A stretch of 28,130 nucleotides of DNA from Paraspadella gotoi (lineage: Eukaryota > Animalia > Chaetognatha): the NCBI GenBank assembly GCA_051294375.1, contig CM119270.1, forward strand, positions 1,497,297 through 1,525,426, given 5' to 3'. Below are positions 11,201-22,700 of the stretch, in pieces. How positions within the stretch are numbered: position 1 is the first letter of the stretch; each line of letters starts with the position of its first letter. The position numbers and the translations under genes were made by a program. The notes beneath the pieces are model-generated. The model made no database searches, was not told the DNA's origin, and was given only the letters and a program-made list of their open reading frames with translations.

Positions 11201-14200
11201 GCGTCGGCGAAGTGGAGAGAGAGTCGGCAGCGGACATTGCGGTCGGAACGATTTCCAATCCTGGACGGAGAGAGATATCGTTAGAAATAATAGAATTATA
11301 AATTTTAATTATAAATTAATCAAAGAAATATATACGTTTGTCACGAATCTTATAAGCGGTCCGCTCGCTGTAAATAGTAAATATTTTTTTTTTTAAATTT
11401 AATGTAATTAAAATATATTCTTTTTTATAAACCCACTTTAATTTTTTTTTTCTCGGATCCGTTTTCGATTCTCGAAGGCCCTTTTGATGTAATATTTGTT
11501 ATCAACAATAATTTAAATAACCTAAATAATATTTATTTAAAAATTCAAAAGNNNNNNNNNNCAATAATTTAAATAACTTTAATAATTTTTATTTAAAAAT
11601 TCTAAAGAAGCGATCAACACACCCCATTTCCCCGCAACCACCGGGTCCAAAAATCAAAACCACCAACCCGCCCCCCACACTCCCGTTTCCCCCTGACCCG
11701 ATTCGAAAGCGGCGTTGTAGCAATCGACGAAGCTGACCAACGGCATTTGTCCGCCGTGAGACTCCAGCAAAGAGTGAACCTTCGGGGTCAACTCCTTCAT
11801 GGAGACGTGAGCGTTGGGCAACATCACGTCGCAGGCGCCGCTGGTGAAGGCGGCGGAGGAGAGGGAAGTGGTCGTCGAGGGGGTCGAGAGAGGAGTGGAC
11901 GATCCTGTGGGGCGATGGAGCGAGGGGAGGGGGTTTGGATAGGATTATATGGAGTGGAGGCAAAAGAAGGGAGCTGGGGGAGAAAAGGGGGTGAAATGGA
12001 GGGACGTTGAAGTAGATGCTGGAGTAGATGAATGCTGGAGTAGATGAATGCTGGAGTAAATAAATGCTGGAGTAAATAAATGCCGGAGTAAATGAATGAT
12101 TGTCCCCCCCCGCCCGCCCCCCTTCTCAATTAACCTAGCCTCACCTAAAGGAGGAAAGTCCGCCGTGGAGTCGACGGACCCTTGGATCGAGTGTAGCCGA
12201 CAGAATGGAGAATCGAGGCCAGAGTCTTCGTCGTCCTCGTCAAATCCTGGGTTTGAAAAAGGTCACAATTTTACCACAAGGAAATATGTCGCAGGGTTTG
12301 TTAAATGAATAGATAATTTTTATATTGGTTGTAGGAATTCATATCTCATTCGGCGATTTTTCGCATACTTTTCACTTTTTTCATATTTGACACATATTTC
12401 ACAAACATCTCTTTTTTTAAATTAGCCCTCGTCCATCCCCGATTTCTCACCCCGACATCCATCTCGCTAATAAACTTTCAACTTGAAGAGACAGCAATTA
12501 TTGTTATTTGTTAGTCCACAAAAAAAAATCTGTACCAGCGACACAAAAAAAAAAACCTCCAGCCGACTACAAAAAAAAAAACCCCCTGCCATGCCGCCAG
12601 GCCGCGGGAGCCGAGGCGCGCGCGCGGGGGCGTGGAGCGGGCCGCCTGCCACAAAAAAAAACTCCAGCTGAGCCGCACTTGCAAATCTGCTGAGCGTGAA
12701 GCTGGGGCATACGCGGCCGTCTTGAACGATAACAACTCGCAGCGGTCGTTGCGTACACTCGAACGAGTGTCGCAATCTCTCCAGCTCAGACTACAACCTG
12801 CACCCCATCGTGGCCTCCACGATGCGCATCGCCACACTTCCATTTTCCGCGCAGCGTGCACTCGAAAGACGACAGAGGTGTCTCAGCAACTAGCGCGCCA
12901 GCGGACGACAAGCCCTCATCGCCCTCATATGCGAAGAGGCGGTAACCAACCTTGCGATTGTGAAGTCACCGTTCAACTCTCGCGGGCACTCTGTATAAAA
13001 CACTAGTTCCCTTACTAAGCTCAGATCGGCGGTGGATGTAAACGCCCCGAAGCCGCTCGTTTCCGCGGCCCGATGGCGGCCACTCGTGGCTTATCGTAAT
13101 ACGAGGTCATCTCACCTATAAACAGTCATAATACCGAGCTCCGACAGTCTAAACGCGCTTGCCGCAGCGCCCAAAGACTCATTAAACTCGAATAATTTCT
13201 CGACTAAGGACCACAAACAAAAACTCCCAAGCCGACCCAAACAAAAAACTCCAGCGACCACAAACAAAACCTTCCCCTTTTCTTTCTAGGCCGACCACAA
13301 AAAAAAAACACTCCAGCGCACCACAAAAAAAAACTCCAGCCGACCACAAAAAAAAACCCCTTTCCAGCCGACCACAAAAAAAACTCCAGCCGACCACAAA
13401 AAAACTTCCAGCGACCTACAAAAAAAAACTCCAAGCCGACCACCAAACAAAAACTCCAGCCGACCACAAAACAAAAACTCCAGCCGACCACAAACAAAAA
13501 CTCCAGCCGACCACAAACAAAAACTCCAGCCGACCACAAACAAAAAACTCCAAGCCGACCACAAACAAAAAACTCCAGCCGACCACAAACAAAAACTCCA
13601 GCCGACCACAAACAAAAACTCCAGCCGACCACAAACAAAAACTCCAGCCGACCACAACAAAAACTCCAGCCGACCACAAACAAAAACTCCAGCCGACCAC
13701 AAACAAAAACTCCAGCCGACCACAAACAAAAACTCCAGCCGACCACAAACAAAAACTCCAGCCGAACCACAAACAAAAACTCCAGCCGACCACATAACAA
13801 AAAACTCCAGCCGACCACAAACAAAAACTCCAGCCGACCACAAACAAAAACTCCAGGTCCGACCAACAAACAAAAACTCCAGCCGACCACAAACAAAAAC
13901 TCCAGCCGACCACAAACAAAAACTCCAGCCTGACCACAAACAAAAACTCCAGCCGACCCAAAAAAAAACTCCAGCCGACGCGCAACAAAAAACTCCAGCC
14001 GACCGCAAAACAAAAACTCCAGCCGACCACAAAAAAAACTCCAGCCGACCCAAAAAAAAACTCCAGCCGACCGCAACAAAAAACTCCAGCCGACCGCAAA
14101 CAAAAACTCCAGCCGACCACAAACAAAAACTCCAGCCGACCCAAAAAAAACTCCAGCCGACCGCAACAAAAACTCCAGCCGACCGCAAACAAAAACTCCA

Positions 14201-17200
14201 GCCGCCGACCACAAACAAAAATCCAGCCGACCACAAACAAAAACTCCAGCCGACCACAAACAAAAACTCCAGCCGACCACAAACCAAAAACTCAGCCGAC
14301 CACAAACAAAAACTCCAGCCGACCACAAACNNNNNNNNNNNNNNNNNNNNNNNNNAAAAAAAACTCCAGCCGACCGCAAACCCACCTGACTTCGAAGGAG
14401 TCGATGAATTTAAACAAGGGTAAAGACTTGAAGGAGCCACCCTGCTCCTCCGAGAGGAGCTCCACAACGCTGGAGCGGAGTTTGGCGTTCTCCACTCCGG
14501 GGTGGCGTGAGTGACTTCCGGCGGGAAGAAGGTTCACGTGAATCCTAGAGCGTAAAGAGTGAATGGTCACAAGTTGACGTAAATAAAAAAAAATTGGGGG
14601 TAAAAAGAAGCCATCAAGGGAGAAATTAGCCTCAATGGGAGAATGCAGCTTCAGAGGGAAAAGTTAAGCTTATGGCGACGAAGGTTTCGCCACCACGGGG
14701 TTGACCCTAGTTGGTCACTATGTTGTAGGGTCGCGAGAGAAGCTGGTTACTGACCAGTCTCACTCTCTCTCTCACTCTCTCTCTCTCTTTACTTGGTCAT
14801 TGGCTCTCTCTCTCTCGTCAGTCTCTTCTCACAACCTTTTATCATTAACGTCACTCTCTGTTATGCATTATTGTTAATACATGTTATTATGTACCACTAC
14901 AAGCTTCAGAGGCACAAATAAACCATGAGGGTCAAAAGTCGGAAACGGATCAAAGATAAAGATATCATGGGTTCGTAAGAGGACATACCTCACTTTGTAA
15001 AGCTGCAGCCGAGATGCCTCACCTTTTATACCCCACTTTATGAAAATTCAGCCGAGTTGCCTTACCTTTTATACCCCACTTTGTGACGGTGCAGCTGCGA
15101 TATGGCGAGTCGAGCGTCGTCAACTGTTGGGACTCGAACTGAACCGACAGAAGAACCATCTCCGGCGGTTATGACGTCGACGCGGAGAACCTGGGGTATG
15201 GAAGGGGTGGGGGGAAAATGTATTAAGGGGGATGGAAGGCGCCTATAAAAAAATGTTTACGAATAAGTATTACATAAATAAAGACATTGACACATGTGAT
15301 TAAACTTTCAGGCAATCGGTAAATCTCATGACTGCACAAATATGAACCAACCTGGACGTGCTGTTTGAAGATGGTGAAAAGGATCTTCCTCCATTCTTTC
15401 GTGCTGATGTTGTAGTCGAGATTCGTGACGGTCAATTCGGCGTAGCTGCGCGCTGCGGCGTCGGCAGCGGCGGCTGCGGTAGGGGACTGAGACGCTGCTG
15501 TCGAATCTTGAGTCGCGTCCAGAGAATCTTAAGAGGGATTACGAGGAGATATTCAAAGCCCACTGCGCATGCGTTGTGACGCACGATTGGAAAGTTATTT
15601 ACTGCATTTTTTATTAAATCAAATTTATCTTTAGATTACTATTGCCTCGGCAAGAAACATCTTGCACATAGACGTTCGCAAAAACGAAAAAAAAATTGAT
15701 TATTAAAAAACTAAATATTTAAAAATAAATATAGTTTTTGATAAGCGAAATGATGTACTATATACCCTATTTACTTTGGCAGAAGATTTACTTGAAATCC
15801 TACCCCCCCTCTCTCTCTCTCTCTTGACCAATTATTGAAATAACCCCAACACCTTTAGTGTTTTTCCCCTTTTAATATTTACTCTCCTTCCACCCCCTTC
15901 TCTTTCTAAACCCCCCCCCTCTCTCTTTCTACCGTTGAACAAATTCCTCCTCAGGATCGGACGCGGCGACTGAAACGATTCCACGCCCTCTTGACTTGCG
16001 GCGCCAAAAACGGCGTCGGGGGCGTCGTTTCGCGGCGCCGGGTCGAGATCGAATGGGAGGCGGCGTCGGATGGTGGAAAGGGCGGATGCGTAGCTGCGGG
16101 AAGGCTGGGGGCGGGGTCAAAAAGGGCTAAGGAGGTGTGCGATTACAGGGATGGTGAATGAATTTGTATTTGTATCGACTCATTTTCCTTACCGGTATAA
16201 TTTTTTTTTTTTAAATTTAAAATGAAATAGAAAAAATATCAGAAATTATAAAATTTGAAAAAAAAGTTAAATAAAAAAATGTAACGATAGTACCATATGA
16301 TTATTAAAGTAGTAACAGAAAATTAATTTAGCTCTTCATATCGAATATATTCCGGCGAAACAAAATTCAAAAAAAGATTAAAAGATAAAAATCTAATTTG
16401 CATATTGCCGTTCGTAAAAAACTAACCTTCATTACCAAATCCCAAACATCTATAAATTTTCAAAAGTTAAGGAATTGGTAATTTTTACTAAAATGTTCCA
16501 ATACGAAGCGACTGCGGTTCACTATAGTTGAAAAATATAGCTCGGAACGGATCAAATGTGCGATAATTGTGAATCATGATCTCAAAAGATTCAGATGAAG
16601 TATATATATGTTTTTATTATAATTCATATTAAAAATTATATTATTAACTAAGTTTCATTTGATTATTTTGATTTTACTGGTTATAGTCTTTTACGCTGTT
16701 ATTTTATACCATTTACCCTTCCAGTCTTTTTTAAGCTTTGTTGATACCTTACTGTTTTTGTATTGTGTATATATAATATCGTTTTTGATATTAATAATAT
16801 ATATTAACGTTTTTCCTTTTTATACTTGACGTTTTTGTATTTTACTGTTTCCAGTTTTATGATTTTTACTATTTGATCCTTGACTCTTGAACGTTATTTT
16901 TTTATAGTTGCTTATGAATTAATTTATTAATGATTCCATTTTAAACGTTATTGAAATTCAATAAAAACAAAAGATACTACGTAGTTTAGTTTTTACTTGT
17001 TTTCTAGTCTAGTCTAGTCTCTTGCCATATCAATGTCAGACACTATAAAAATTTATCCATTCATTCAAATTTTAATACAGAACATTGAACAAGATAACAT
17101 GGCAGGATCCTACAAGCTTTCAAAATTTACACAGTCACTCATAGAGTACCTGGCATCCATATAAACAAATTTGTATAATTATTTTTTTATGTTTCAAATT

Positions 17201-19706
17201 ATATAAAAAGTTTAAGTTTATTCGTCAATGTCAAACTCTCACGTTTTTAATAAAAGTCTTCAAAACATCGAAAAAGCAAACCCTCCCCCCTTAACCCCTT
17301 CCCCCACCATAAAAGACCCACCCTCTCTCCTCTTTAACCCCCTAACCACCCTCCCACCTCGCTCCTACCTCCTGCGCCCTCGCCTTCTTAGGCGCCATCA
17401 GCGGCGGCGTCGGCGGCAGAGAATTCGGCGGCGTATCTATCACCGACTGCTGCAGCTGCTGATGCCGTTGCTGCGACGTAGACGGAGTCTGCGGCTGCTG
17501 CTGTTGAATCTGCATTTGCTGTTGCTGCAATTGCTGCAACTGCTGTTGTTGCTGTTGAATCTGCAGCAGCTGGGCCTCTTGAGATCTCTTCAACTCGTTG
17601 GCGTAAAGATTCTGGAAGAATTGCTCCCTGACGGGAAATTGACGGTGCTGCTGTTGCTGAAGCTGCTGCAGTTGCTGCTGCGTCTTGACGTGGCTTCTCT
17701 CGTCGAAGGAGAACTGAGCTCCTCGCAGAGCCGCCGTCCCAGCCGCGCCGGCGGCGCCGTCTTCGCAGACCTGACGCCAGCCGGATCCGCTGCCGGCGCC
17801 TTCCTCCATCGGCGAACTCTCCATCTCTCCGAAACCGGAAGAGGCGCTAGTGTTGACGCCGGTAGAGGCGCCGCCGTCGGAGCTGCAGCGCGCCGCAGCG
17901 GAGCCGCCGTTGGCGAGACCGGCCGCGGATGACGACCACGACGAACGGAAGTGACGATGATTATAGGAGGAGGAAGAGAGGGAGGAGGAACAGAGGAGGA
18001 GGAAGTGATTTGGCGACGGAGATAGCGAGTCGGATGCCAATCGTCTTCTGGGTCTCTTGGGAGGCAATAGTCGGAGAGGTCGGGGGAGGCGTCTGAAGAG
18101 GGGGTGAGGAGAAGGGGAGATGAGGGGGAGAGGGAGGAAGAGGGGGAGAGTAGCGGGGAGAGGGTGAGAGGGGGGAGAAGAAGAGGGAGGGGGAGGGAGA
18201 ACGGGGAGGGAGGGAAGGGGGGAGGGTAGGGGATGGAAAGGGAAGTGGGGAGGGGGGAGGAAAAGAAAGAAAGGAGGAAGAGAAGGAAGAAGGGGAGGAG
18301 AGGGGGAAGGGAGAGGTAGGGGAGAGAGAGGAGAGAGACATAAGAAGGAGAGAGAGATAATAAGCAAGAGACCAGATGAATTGAAAAAGTGCAAATCATT
18401 CCATTCCACTTATGGCCTCTCCCTTTTTTACGACGCGTAACTTACCAGCGACGAAATCATAAATATCCAACTCCATCCTAAACCTTACCCTTAAAAAAAA
18501 CCAACTAGCAACTACCCGCGTGAGTACTCGCGTCCAGAAATGGAATCTTGACGAAAATCCTGTTGCCTAAAACATCTTCGCCGTCGAGTCGTCGCTTCGC
18601 CCACTGAGGCGAGTTAAAAGGTAAGGAAATGATGTCAGTAAAATAAAAGTCAAGAATAAATTTGAAGATCAGGGGATCGATTTGATGAAGGTTGTGCCAC
18701 CTCGTGAGATCAATACATTGTGTATTGTATATTTGTTAACAAGTCTTTTCAAGACAGATTTCATTCTAGTAAAATGTTCCGCGACAAAATGTAATATAAA
18801 TTCATTAGAGATGAGCATCGTTCGAATCGAAGCTCCGATCAAGATTCCTTATATTTCACTTCTGTTCAAAACTGCATAGTCACGGCCCAAAAAAATTATA
18901 TCAATATGGGCAGATTCGAAAGCTTGGCGTCTTGGGAAGCCAATGGAGGTAGAGCGCGATCGAAATTTCCATTTTATCATGCCCAAAAATGGTATTTAAA
19001 TAGACTGGTCAGGTCGTTTTTCCCTATTCCAAGAAAACCTCCTGGCTCTTGAGTAAAAAAGACCAAATCATACATATTAGTACAGTTTCCGAAAACCTTA
19101 TTGTCTTCTCTACATGATGAAAAAAAGCAAATTAAAATTTCTGCAATCTTAATTGCTTGATAAAGCAATCAAATGAACTGGTTTTTTAGGTGAAAACTGC
19201 ATAGTCAAGCCTTCATTTTTTTCAATTTTTGACACAATTGACAGAAACTGTATTGATTTTACTATTCAAATCAGGTAGAGCGCGGGCTTAATTTCAAAAG
19301 CGTTTTCTCCATATAATGCAAAATTTAAAAAAAAGTCCAATAAAAACTTATTAAAAACAAAATCGTCGCACAGTGTTGCTTGTGAGGTCCCAAATGCTAG
19401 AAAAATAAATTTTAAATTTTTATATTATTATATATTATATAAAAATATTTATATAAATATAATTATAGTTTTAAAAATAATATTTTTTATTCAATCTGAA
19501 AAAGGTAGTGCTATATATTATGTATATATATGTATAAAAAAATTATATTTTACAATAAAATTAATTAATTTTTTTAAACTGCGAATTTTTTTATCATGGT
19601 ATAATTAAAAAATTATAAGTTAAAATAAATTTTAATTTTAATAAAATATAATAATCATATTAAATATAATAATTAAAAATTTTTAATTTTTTTAATTTTA
19701 ATAATA

Positions 19707-19741
<35 letters not shown>

Positions 19742-22700
19742 TAAAAATAAAATATTTTATTTTTTTAATTTTATTTTTTTAATTATATTATTATTTTTAT
19801 TATTATTATTATTTTTTTATTATTATTATTATTATTATAATATTATTATTATTATTTTATTATATTATTATATAATCTGATTATAATATATATTTTATTA
19901 TAAAATAATTTATTTTATTTATTTAAAATTATAAAAAATTATATTTAATTATTTTAATATTCAAATAAATTTTTAAAAAATTATTTTTTATAATTCATAT
20001 ATAATAAAAAATATTTTTAACTGAACGGGATTTTTCTGAAAATTCAGGCCCAGGATACTCAGGTGCACCGGTTCTAAAGCTTAGTACTACGCATAGTACT
20101 AATCTTTGTTTGGATCAAAACGAGCTCGATTTTAAGGGACCCAGTGATCGGGGGGGTGGAAAAAGCTGAAAGCATTAACGTTTGGTCCCTTAAACTACGC
20201 TGGTTCAGTATTAAATGATTTCTTTTTCCTCTGGGTCATAACGGGAAAATGGTCAAAAAAATTTCGATTTTGGTCAGCTCCGCTGATTTTTGTTTGAAAA
20301 TTCGGTTATGGAGCAAATTCTTTCTCGTGTTTTAGATTTTTCCTCAAGAAAGACGGTAAGACATTGTTTTAAATTGTTTCCTTTGTTTTCATTAATCGTT
20401 AATTATTGTCGCTGTGGCCAATAAAGCAACTTCTCACCATGAAGTTAGAGAAGTGTCTTGTTCGCGTAAGTGAATCATAATCTCAGCGGTGGTAGTGTTA
20501 GAAATGGCTTCTCCGTGAGTTTCTGAGCCCACTGTCAGGGTTGATTGATTGATTGATTGGTAGACTTAGTTTTGTCAAGCTGCCCAAATAAGCCAAGATT
20601 CAAGACATTGAAAACGAAAACGATGGGCAAAGCACGACGACAACAACGTCGAAGAAGACAACGAAAAAAATCAACAACGAAAATGACGAAGACGACGAAG
20701 AGACGAGGAATAACGACGACGAAAACACGACGAAAGCGACAACGAAAACGCAAAGAAAAAGATGAAAGACGACGAAGACGACGACAAACGAGTCGAAGAA
20801 GCACGAGAAAAACGACGAAGACGACAAAACGACAAACGCAAAAGATGAAGACAGACGACGAAAACGACAAAGAAAACGACATGGCAGACACGATGAAAAC
20901 GACGCATGAAGCACGACGATTGAAAACGACGATGACGACAAAAACGACGACGAAAACGACGTCAAAACGACCGAAAACGACGCAGAAGACGACGACGAAA
21001 CGACAATGAAGACGACGACGAAAACGACAATGAAGACGACGATCGAAACGACAATAAAGACGACGACGATAACACGAAAAGAAAACGAAAACGACAACGA
21101 AAACGACAACGAAAACGCCAAGAAAATGACAAAGAAAACGATAAAAACACGACCACGACGATTGAAGACCACGACGAAAACGATGAAGACGACACGAAAA
21201 CGATGAAAACGACGACGAAGACAACGACGACGACGTCGGAAACACCGATACAAGACAGACGACTAAGACGAGTGAAAACGACGACTAAAAGAATGAAAAG
21301 AACAAAGAAGCGATGAAAAACGAAAATCTCAGATGTAAATTTGGGAATTGTATTGAGAAAAAAAGCTGCGGAAAAATGGCTGATAATAAAAAAAATTTAG
21401 CAGAATTTTAAAAAACGACGATCAGCAAGAGATTGTACACAGAAAGGATGAGAGAGAGAGAGAGAGAAGCTATACAGCACCCATTTTCGTCGTGCCTTTC
21501 TTTGTCGTCTCTTCTCTTCATCCCAGTCATTTTCATCTTCGTTTTCAGTCGTCGTCTTCGACATCGTTGTCGTCAATTTTTTCATCATTTTCGTTCCGTC
21601 TCGTATGTCATTGTCTCTTCCCGTCCGTTCCTGTCGTCTTCTTCGTTGTCTTCGTCGTCTGACAATTCTGTTCGTCTCGTTGCGTTCGTCGTCTTCTTTG
21701 TTGTCTTCTTTCATCGTCAGTTTTGTCTTCCTCTTCGTCATTTTCGTTGTCTTCGTTCGTCATTTTTTCGTCTCGTTAGTCTCTTTCGTCATTTTCGTTC
21801 GTCGTCTTACATCACTCATCTATAGCCGGTTCGTTTAATCGTTTCTTCCTTGTTGTTGTCGTCCGGTTTCTTTCTACCAATCAATCAATCAGAAACATTT
21901 GCAGATTTGCAGATTTACAGTTCGGAACACTTTTAACATGATTCACTGATTCATACAGAAAAAGCCGGAAAAAAAAGTGAAATAAAAAGTCTTTTTGCCG
22001 GTAAAAATACAAAAGCAGAGAGCATGGGAGACGAGAGAGAAAGAAGAGAGGGAGAGACACAGACGACGGAGCACAGACCCGAGAGCAGAGACGACGATCT
22101 AGACGCGAGAGAAAGAACGTGAGGAGAGTGAGAGAGAAGCAAGACAAGCCCTGAACTCGTTTAATCACCGATTCAGAAAACGGCAGCGCGCGATCAATTT
22201 TTTCTTTAGTAAAGAAAAAAAATAATCATCACATTTTTCAAAAAAGACGAACGATCACGCAACTGAATCGTTACAGAGAGGCAGACAGACACCAGAGAGA
22301 TACGGAGAGAGGAGAGAAAGAAAGACGCAGAACGGAGAGAGAGAGCCAGAACTCCTTTTTAACTTCAAAAAAGCGGCAGCGCCGCTGTCATAACAAAAAG
22401 CAAAAAATATATATTAAAGAGAATGCGCATCGTTTCGATCGAAATGCTCTCCGATCAACGATTCTTTTTATATTTACTTCCTGATATCAAAACATGCATA
22501 GTCCACACGGCCAAAAACACAATATATTCAACTATGGCAGATCTTCGAAAGCTTGGACGTCTGGAAGCCACAATGAGAGGTAGAGGCGCGATTCTAAATT
22601 TCCATCTTCTATCATGCCCTAAAATGGTTATTTAAATGGATCTGGTTCAGAGACCGTTTTTTCCCTATTCATGAAAACCTCCTGGCTCTTGGTAAAAAAA

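Noticed and set aside
13209-14380. CRISPR array
   Set aside because: Units are head-to-tail with no unique spacers, there are no cas genes, and the context is a eukaryotic intron.
13182-14467. Long minus-strand ORFs (393, 393 and 288 aa; WSAGVFVCGRLEFL repeats)
   Set aside because: Translations of a 23-bp satellite that lacks stops in all three minus frames; it lies in an intron.
17228-17932. Plus-strand 234-aa poly-Leu ORF
   Set aside because: Antisense shadow of the polyQ exon.
20535-21838. Val/Phe-rich and Thr/Lys/Arg-rich ORFs on both strands
   Set aside because: Low-complexity ACG/CGT repeats open several frames at once; no domain signal or splice context.
20536-22153. hAT-type MITE with CAGGG..CCCTG ends
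   Set aside because: Only ~7 bp of terminal match and no 8-bp target-site duplication (cccactgt vs aactcgtt).
21915-22400. ~200-bp degenerate tandem units with GA-rich cores
   Set aside because: Visible but too noisy to define a unit; treated as ordinary intronic repeat.
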